From Zygnema circumcarinatum SAG 698-1b (lineage: Eukaryota; Plantae; Zygnematophyceae), in contig CM074822.1 in assembly GCA_037447605.1 (NCBI GenBank), positions 1,325,492 through 1,389,491 on the forward strand: a stretch of DNA of 64,000 nucleotides, given 5' to 3'. The notes under the pieces are model-generated. The model was not told where the DNA came from. It saw only the letters and a program-made list of their open reading frames with translations, and made no database searches. Shown here in pieces: positions 63,042-64,000 of the stretch. Every line of letters begins with the position of its first letter. Positions within the stretch are counted from its first letter, which is position 1. A program made the translations under genes and the position numbers.

Positions 63042-64000
63042 AATTCAGATTGAAGTACAAGCGTGCAGCAAGAGCCCCTCCCCTGCACCTCTACTCCACT
63101 ACAAGACTACCACCCTCAAGCTGTGAGGCTCCACCACATTCCGGCAAGCTACACCTACTGCTTCTCGCAGTCTACACTCAGGGTTCAGTCTCAAATTTCT
63201 CCCTCTTAACTTATACTTCGCCCAAAGCAACAACCATGGGCGACTACTAACCCCGCACTAGCACACACTAAGAGCGCACTAGCACACACTCAGCGCTGAT
63301 TTCGCCACGCGTCTGCGCCTGCACGTCTGTCACGTCACGCGCCTTCGTTTCGCGCCTGTCACGTCACACGCCTTTAGTTGCGCGCCGCGCCACGTCACGC
63401 GCCCTTAGTTGCGCGCCGCGCCACGTCACGTCACTGCGCTCCATTTCGAACTCCGTGCCACACAGCCGGTCGTTCACATTCGGTACGGACTCTTGTTCCG
63501 ACGGCCTCCCGTGACTCGCGCCTCAGGTGTCTCATGTACACCTCTGAACTCCTAGCTTGATGATAGCTCGACCCTAGCTCTACCGCCTAGCCCTTCTAGA
63601 CTCCAAACAAACACATGCACTCATTAACTATGTACCACCAACTAATGTACACTAACACACTCTCCGTCACGTCACGCCACTGCGCGCCTTGCAAGCCAAT
63701 AATTTTTCGGCAAAAGGAACTCCGCGAGTTTTCTGGAGCTCCCTGTCCGTACAATTGCGTACATCTCCGAGCGCCACGTATTGCGACCAATCACAGCGCT
63801 CCTCGCCAATGCAGCAGCCAATCAGAATGCGTCACATGCTCCTCCCAATGTGCAGATCCTAGACTAGCATGCGAACTAGACTCTGAAACAACTACATGCT
63901 CTTCATGAACTATGTACCACTCACTAACATCTCTTTCACTATCATCCAGCCTCTTCTATCTTTTTCTGAATTTCCCCAAATTCCCATCTCTCTCTCCCTC

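Larger units (their letters stand above)
57769..63657 (-). mobile_element. Intact Ty1/copia LTR retrotransposon, element 1 (5889 bp)
   Basis: Two 811-bp LTRs (57769..58579 and 62847..63657) with TG...CA termini and about 4 differences seen by eye. TSD CACTC at 57764-57768 and 63658-63662. PBS 62833-62844; PPT AAGAGGGGGAG 58580-58590; a single open gag-pol frame. Confidence 0.97.
50384..63929 (-). mobile_element. Ty1/copia element 2 (degenerate host element carrying two nested insertions)
   Basis: 3' LTR starts at 50384 (cut by the gap at 50752). 5' LTR = 57369..57768 plus 63663..63929 (about 667 bp, split by element 1). TSD TCTCT at 50379-50383 and 63930-63934. PBS TGGTATCAGAGC at 57355-57366. 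About 2 differences in roughly 370 comparable LTR bases. Confidence 0.88.

Overview
This is eukaryotic, repeat-rich, plant-lineage DNA: it has spliceosomal introns, WRKY genes, an LRRNT_2/LRR gene with a 72-bp exon, and TTTAGGG telo-boxes. That it comes from a large-genome streptophyte alga is only an inference. The draft assembly has many N-gaps and some noisy stretches. Content from start to end: (1) an intact 9-exon TraB-family gene (minus strand, 183-3759) with a truncated inverted duplicate at 45.4-49.8 kb; (2) eight WRKY-related copies between 6 and 41 kb, with atypical zinc-finger spacing (C-X6-C-X22-HxH and C-X9-C-X23-HxH), including derivatives that lack the WRKY domain and several pseudogenes; (3) a signal-peptide, Pro-rich LRR gene and its inverted 5' duplicate, inside an approximately 19-kb mirror-image block centred near 31.5 kb; (4) three tRNA(Cys)-like cloverleaves with a 6-nt anticodon loop, embedded in Ala/Lys-type triplet repeats; (5) a 3.6-kb, almost C-free TTAA/TTAGA/TTAGG block; (6) many transposons: an intact Ty1/copia element (57769-63657, TSD CACTC) nested in the 5' LTR of a dead copia element (50384-63929, TSD TCTCT) that also carries a Ty3/gypsy insertion in its RT, plus solo LTRs, a chromovirus remnant, a Mutator/FAR1-like DNA-binding-domain remnant and several MITE or foldback elements. 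The most interesting non-obvious signals are a covarying hairpin shared by nine diverged copia LTR copies, the tRNA-like units, and the atypical WRKY array in its mirrored context. All alignments and folds were done by eye; no database searches were run.
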